Below are positions 31,081 to 36,828 of a stretch of DNA of 36,828 bases, one piece after another; position 1 is the stretch's first letter, and every line of letters starts with the position of its first letter. The notes beneath the pieces are model-generated. The model was not told the origin of the DNA and made no database searches. It worked only from the letters and a program-made list of their open reading frames with translations. A program made the position numbers and the translations under genes. The stretch lies in NCBI GenBank assembly GCA_012862495.1, contig BLSG01000203.1, forward strand, positions 1 to 36,828. The letters are read 5' to 3'. This DNA is from Thraustochytrium aureum (lineage: Eukaryota).

Positions 31081-33406
31081 GGTCGGCGGTCTCGGAGGTG
31101 CCTGCAGGAACGCAGAACCCCCCGATGGCAATTTAAAAGTTTTGAAAACCACCCGCGGGCAGCCCGTGCCACGTGCCAATCCCACTGTCTGGAGCCGCCT
31201 GAAGCGCGATAGATTCCCCGCTCCCGGGTGCGAAGCGGGATTGCCAGCCCAGGCCGCTTGCGCCGAATTCAAACCCGGCACACTCGGATCCGACGGTGCA
31301 GAGGATAACTCGCGGCCTGACTGGGTCGCGCCTTGGCGAGAAAACTATGTTCGCTCACTGGCAGGAGCAAAAGGCACCCTGCAAGGGCCTCGTGGGCGGT
31401 GAAGGAGCTCCAAGATGCCAATCTTCTTCTTCACGATCGTGCCGAGTTTCCTCCCAACAGCAAGGAGAGCAGCGCGCGATTCTCGCGTTTCTATACCACC
31501 CGTGTGCGTGCTTTTGAACTGCGCCACGATGCGATGCGACGCGCCGAGTCCAAAAGGCACGAAACAACTCATTGCAATTGGTGTAGTCGACTCCACTCAT
31601 CCAGGAGCAAATTGACTTGCTACCATCCAGGAACGTCGGCAGCTTGGGCTCGCAGCATCTTGAACAGCATGGACGGCGGAGGGAGTGCAGTCGAGCGCCC
31701 GCTCCAGCCCTATCCGCACTTGCTAGGGAGTTCCTTTCCCGCCAGCACCCCGAAAGGCCGTGCAAGGCCGCGCGCGCTTGTAGTCCGTCTACTTGCCAAT
31801 CGTCGATTTTCAACGACTGCGCCTTTCGCCGGCCGCGGAGCGCAGGCTGGCGCACCAAGCGCCTCGACTGCCCTGGACGCAACAATTCAAATAGTTCTTC
31901 ACCAGCCATCAGACCGTTCCATCGTGGCGCTTGCAGGCTTATTTACCGACCTCGACTGCGCCTCATGGGCGTCTATTTCGTCCATCCCGATCGATTTGGC
32001 AGTTCACGCTCCCGCCTCCGCGCCAAATCCGTCAAGTGTCCTCATCGAAACGGCTCTGTGGAAGTGACTTTTTGCAACACCCGACCCTTCGAGTTCGTAG
32101 AGTTTGTTGCTTTAACTGCGATGAGTCTGTTATTGTAGTGCCGGTGACGCAGTGGGTTTGGTCCTTCGGGGTTCTGGTCGACCCTGCGCGCGAGGTGGAT
32201 AGACAGACAGATGGTGTCAGGCGCACCGCGGGACTATTTGCGGCACGTTCTCACCAACCCCCTTTTCCAAGCGCCTTAAAGCCGTCCCTGGTCTCTCCAA
32301 AACGCGCTGTGCTCAAACTGTACAGACGAGTGCGGGTACGATAGGCCCTGCTGCGTTCCAGGCGGCGGTCAACCGCTGGCGCTGCCGATGAAAGCGCCGC
32401 AGAAGGACAGACAAACGGCTTTCTTATCGGCCATGCAGCGCTCGCTTCGAATTTAACCAAGCATTTCGAAGCGGTGGTGCCTGCGCAGTTTCGTGTTCTG
32501 GGCCGAGAATGAGTTAACCTACCACGCTCACTCCGTTCCCCACCTGCAGTGGAGGGAAGCTCGTTCGAGAAACTCGTTTAGAAAATATCCGCGANNNNNN
32601 NNNNNNNNNNNNNNNNNNNNNNNNNNNNNNNNNNNNNNNNNNNNNNNNNNNNNNNNNNNNNNNNNNNNNNNNNNNNNNNNNNNNNNNNNNNNNNNNNNNN
32701 NNNNNNNNNNNNNNNNNNNNNNNNNNNNNNNNNNNNNNNNNNNNNNNNNNNNNNNNNNNNNNNNNNNNNNNNNNNNNNNNNNNNNNNNNNNNNNNNNNNN
32801 NNNNNNNNNNNNNNNNNNNNNNNNNNNNNNNNNNNNNNNNNNNNNNNNNNNNNNNNNNNNNNNNNNNNNNNNNNNNNNNNNNNNNNNNNNNNNNNNNNNN
32901 NNNNNNNNNNNNNNNNNNNNNNNNNNNNNNNNNNNNNNNNNNNNNNNNNNNNNNNNNNNNNNNNNNNNNNNNNNNNNNNNNNNNNNNNNNNNNNNNNNNN
33001 NNNNNNNNNNNNNNNNNNNNNNNNNNNNNNNNNNNNNNNNNNNNNNNNNNNNNNNNNNNNNNNNNNNNNNNNNNNNNNNNNNNNNNNNNNNNNNNNNNNN
33101 NNNNNNNNNNNNNNNNNNNNNNNNNNNNNNNNNNNNNNNNNNNNNNNNNNNNNNNNNNNNNNNNNNNNNNNNNNNNNNNNNNNNNNNNNNNNNNNNNNNN
33201 NNNNNNNNNNNNNNNNNNNNNNNNNNNNNNNNNNNNNNNNNNNNNNNNNNNNNNNNNNNNNNNNNNNNNNNNNNNNNNNNNNNNNNNNNNNNNNNNNNNN
33301 NNNNNNNNNNNNNNNNNNNNNNNNNNNNNNNNNNNNNNNNNNNNNNNNNNNNNNNNNNNNNNNNNNNNNNNNNNNNNNNNNNNNNNNNNNNNNNNNNNNN
33401 NNNNNN

Positions 33407-34597
33407 TCAACGTGCGCGGAGTTTGAGGCGGCAACGTTCGGTGCCCCAATCAACGAGGACGAGCTTCTGCAGGGCCCGCTCGCTGTGGCCAAGGCTGGCG
33501 ATGCCATGCTTTGCACCGGAACGAACGAGAACTTTGCCGGCAAGGTCGTCCTCGTCGCGCGCGGGGGCTGCTTGTTCTTCGACAAGGTGAAGAACGCCGA
33601 GAAGCAGGGCGCCATCGCGGTTCTCATTCACACCACAAGCAACAAAGACTCGATCTTCCCCCCGGCATACTACGGCAGCGGCTCGGTGGGCATTCCTTCG
33701 ATGATGATCGGTTTCGCAGACGCCAAAGAGTTCAAGAAACGGGAAGGCGGGCTGTGCACGATCGGCAGCAAGTCGGTCACCGCCAAGCCGACGTCGCCCA
33801 CTGTGCCGCCCTCGCCGACGCCAGAGCCCACGAGCACGCCAAGCCGAGCTCCAACGGCGCGTCCGACAAAAGCATGCGACAGCCTCGGAAAGCGGGACTG
33901 CAACAGACGCCCCGACTGCGTATTTGACACCCTGGGCGGGAGGAAGAAGGTGTGCTTTGACCCGCGGACAACTCCGACGCCGGGACCGACACCAAAGCCA
34001 ACCAAAGGACCTACGCAGGCTCCTACGCCGCGCCCAACCAGAACGTGCGGTGACCTCGGCAAGAATGCTTGCCGGAAGCGGTCCGATTGTCAGTTTGGCG
34101 CGTTGAACGGAGAAAGGAGGAAGCAGTGTTACGACCCGCTCACGACACCAAAGCCCAAGCCGGGCGACACCAGCGCGCCCAGTCAAACACCGACTCCGCG
34201 ACCTACCAAGTCGTGCTCTGACCTTGGCAGAAAGGACTGCAACAAGCGCCCGGACTGCTCGTATGACAGACTGGACGGGAAGTCAATGCAGTGCTTCGAT
34301 CCGCTCACAACGCCAACACCGCAGCCAACTCTGCCCCCGACGCTCTTCTCGCCAAGCTGCGAGCGCGCGCCCCTTGCAGAGGCGGAGACCATTTGCCGAA
34401 ATGATGGGAAACACCTTTGCACGCTGCGGGAGCTCCAGCAGGCCGGGAGGACGCCCGAGTGTGGCTTTGACGAGGAGCCCGTCTGGACTGCTACGACGTG
34501 TTCCAAGGGTCGTGCACAGCACACTTTCGTGAAAGCGAAGAATCGGCGCGGCTGTGTAAGCTCAGACACCGTCGTTGCAGTTCGGTGCTGCGCTTGA
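33407..34597 (+). CDS. Secreted modular protein copy 2, 3' part: full PA domain, three Cys modules with PT linkers, C-terminal Cys-rich domain
   Basis: Frame open from the gap edge. PA motifs ATFGAP, FAGKVVLVARGGCLFFDKVKNAEKQGAIAVLI, IPSMMIG; shares LCTIGSKSVTAKPTSPT and DTVVAVRCCA with copy 1. Confidence 0.85.
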   Translation, partial: STCAEFEAATFGAPINEDELLQGPLAVAKAGDAMLCTGTNENFAGKVVLVARGGCLFFDKVKNAEKQGAIAVLIHTTSNKDSIFPPAYYGSGSVGIPSMMIGFADAKEFKKREGGLCTIGSKSVTAKPTSPTVPPSPTPEPTSTPSRAPTARPTKACDSLGKRDCNRRPDCVFDTLGGRKKVCFDPRTTPTPGPTPKPTKGPTQAPTPRPTRTCGDLGKNACRKRSDCQFGALNGERRKQCYDPLTTPKPKPGDTSAPSQTPTPRPTKSCSDLGRKDCNKRPDCSYDRLDGKSMQCFDPLTTPTPQPTLPPTLFSPSCERAPLAEAETICRNDGKHLCTLRELQQAGRTPECGFDEEPVWTATTCSKGRAQHTFVKAKNRRGCVSSDTVVAVRCCA

Positions 34598-36345
34598 GCT
34601 TGGCTGGCGGGTCCAAGGACAATTTGTAATAGCTTTCGCCTGCTGAGTTCTCTGCGCCGTCAGCCGAGCTCCGACTCCACGTAGACCCGGGGTCGTTGCG
34701 GGACGACGAAGGAACCAAGGACGGACCCTAGGGGCCAACGTGTGCGGCTTGGGTCGTACTTAAAAATGGAAGACGAAGGAGGACAACAGCTGCGGCGCTG
34801 CGCCCGAAAACTTGAACGCCTCAAGATGCTTCGTTGGCATTAAGTCGGCTAGTAGACTTGGTGGTGTCGGCGTGCACGGCAGCATCTGCGTACGTTTCGA
34901 GGGCGCCCGAATCGATGGCGACGCATAGACGACGCCGCGGAGGCCGCGACTTACTCACCCTAAGGAATCTTAAGGTTCGAGGTCCGTTTTTAAAAGTTGG
35001 AAGGCGCTCGGTTCCGCGGCCCTCCTCGCGATGCGTCCCACCGAACTGCAACCTCATTGCGTCCCAAATATCCTGGTCGCATGAAGAGCCCGCAAACCCC
35101 ACGCCGCGAAATAATCCAAGCTCACCAACCCGCGCGCCAAACCAGCACGTGCAATCTTCTCACGGACCATCCTTCCGAACGCACCGACCAGCCCAAGTCC
35201 GGCAAGTATGGGTCAAACAAGCAAGCCTCGCGGGCTGCCTGCCCTGGCTTGCATCATGGAGAGCACGCGCGAGCCGCGAAACTAGCTCCATGCGCGCCGA
35301 GGCGCATCGGCGAGCTGGCACAAGCCATGCCGCGCAGCAACAGCAACCGCATCGGCCAGCAAANNNNNNNNNNNNNNNNNNNNNNNNNNNNNNNNNNNNN
35401 NNNNNNNNNNNNNNNNNNNNNNNNNNNNNNNNNNNNNNNNNNNNNNNNNNNNNNNNNNNNNNNNNNNNNNNNNNNNNNNNNNNNNNNNNNNNNNNNNNNN
35501 NNNNNNNNNNNNNNNNNNNNNNNNNNNNNNNNNNNNNNNNNNNNNNNNNNNNNNNNNNNNNNNNNNNNNNNNGATCCCCTGCCAACTGACCATCCCACTC
35601 CGCGGCGGCGCTCACAGCAACGACGCGTGGCAGGCAGGCAGCCAGCCAGCCAGGTTGGTCCACATGGCTTCGTTGCCAACGTTCAACGGATCCCCGCGAG
35701 TACGAAAAACGGATCTGTGGCTGAAGGATGGACTTCGCACAGCAGACACCGCGTAGCGGCGGTATGTTTGAAGTTTAAAAAGGAGAGGGGTCTTGTATTG
35801 CAAGTGTTATTGCGAAACGAAAGCAATCGCATCCTCCTAGGCGGTGAATTTGTTGTTGTGGACTCGAGGCGGCCGATCTCGCGCGTTGGCGGAGGCGCTC
35901 GCGGCGAGGTGGTCAGAGGTTCCGCGGCGGGCCCGGCGCGCGGTGGGTTGTGTTGGTCTTTTCTACTAGCGGGATTTGGCTGCTCTGTCCGGACCGCAAT
36001 CGGCGGGTCGATGCTTCGGTTTGCTCTTGTTTGGCCATCACGCGGTGTCGAAACATCTGCTTCGCCGGAACTTGCGAGCGGAGGCGGCTGTGAGTTGCTG
36101 CTCTCTCTAGGTTGAGTAGCTTGCCTACGGTGCTGGTTGTCGTCGGAGTAAACAGTAAAAGGGGGTGGTCAGAGCTGGCGCGGAGTGCTGTGGTGCCTCT
36201 CACACAGTATCGTGTTGGTTGATCTCTCCACTGCGACTGGCGAGCAGGAGCTTGAGCGCGGCGCGATCCTTCTACGTGCTGATGCGCGGGCCAACTTGCT
36301 TTCTTCGGCGCGGAAACCCCTCGCCTTGGGCTAGTCAGGCTTCAT

Positions 36346-36522
36346 TTGGCCCCCTTTATCTCGCTCCATCGGCTCGCTTGGCTCTGTGCGGGTGACGTAT
36401 GTCACAGATGGGCCGATTCCATGTCGACCCTTGCGTCAAAGCATGGGCTGCCACATTTCCCACAATGCCCGAGTTCGGGCCTTGCAGGCCAGATCTCAGT
36501 TCCAAGCAAACCCGAAACACCT
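36346..36522 (+). promoter_or_regulatory. Conserved upstream block of secreted-protein copy 3
   Basis: Same colinear motifs as 28944-29130 at a similar distance from the ATG. Confidence 0.55.
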
Positions 36523-36523
36523 G

Positions 36524-36533
36524 AGCAGCAACA

Positions 36534-36573
<40 letters not shown>

Positions 36574-36638
36574 GCAGCAGTGATAGCAGCAGCAGCAGCA
36601 GCAGTGATAGCAGCGATAGTAGCAACAACAACAGCAAC
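36524..36638 (+). repeat. Expanded, interrupted (CAG)n tract in the putative 5' UTR of copy 3
   Basis: CAG runs interrupted by TGATAG and ending in CAA units. Confidence 0.9.
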
Positions 36639-36676
36639 CAGGCAAGGCGTCCAACAAAACCAGGTTGCTCGCCAAG

Positions 36677-36828
36677 ATGAAGGTCTCCGCTGGCATGATG
36701 ATAGCTCTAGGCGCGATTCTGTCAGCTGTCCCAGCCAACGCTATGGTTGACCAGACAGACGATCAGGCCGCGATCACCCGGCGCAACCTCGTGAAAACGG
36801 GCCGAGGACTAGCTATCAAGAACGCATT
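36677..36828 (+). CDS. Secreted modular protein copy 3, 5' end (runs off the window; absent from the ORF track)
   Basis: MKVSAGMMIALGAILSAVPANAMVDQTDDQAAITRRNLVKTGRGLAIKNA, close to copy 1 MKVSARIALALGAILSAAPASAMVDQTDDQAAITRRSLVTAGLAIENA. Confidence 0.88.
   Translation, partial: MKVSAGMMIALGAILSAVPANAMVDQTDDQAAITRRNLVKTGRGLAIKNA

Overview
Gapped draft sequence from a GC-rich eukaryote with few introns. Three short GT-AG introns restore conserved motifs; a stramenopile such as a thraustochytrid is a tentative guess from style only. In order, the window holds: a tropinone-reductase-like SDR (2 introns), ERGIC3/Erv46, a two-domain cNMP-binding protein (- strand), a TPR ORF abutting a long acidic disordered ORF, an NLR-like STAND (NB-ARC)-TPR gene broken by gaps and frameshifts, the 5' end of a probable mitochondrial protein, a PZP+PHD chromatin protein, a PRPP synthetase with a mitochondrial-type leader, a compact Patched-type sterol-sensing RND protein (one homopolymer frameshift), a Cys-rich single-pass membrane protein, and three tandem paralogous secreted proteins (I9-like propeptide, PA domain, variable Cys modules; probably subtilases, but no catalytic domain is visible). 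No rRNA, tRNA, CRISPR or recognisable transposase was seen. The strongest leads are the Patched-like gene, the NLR-like gene and the repeat-variable secreted array; novelty cannot be established without database searches.
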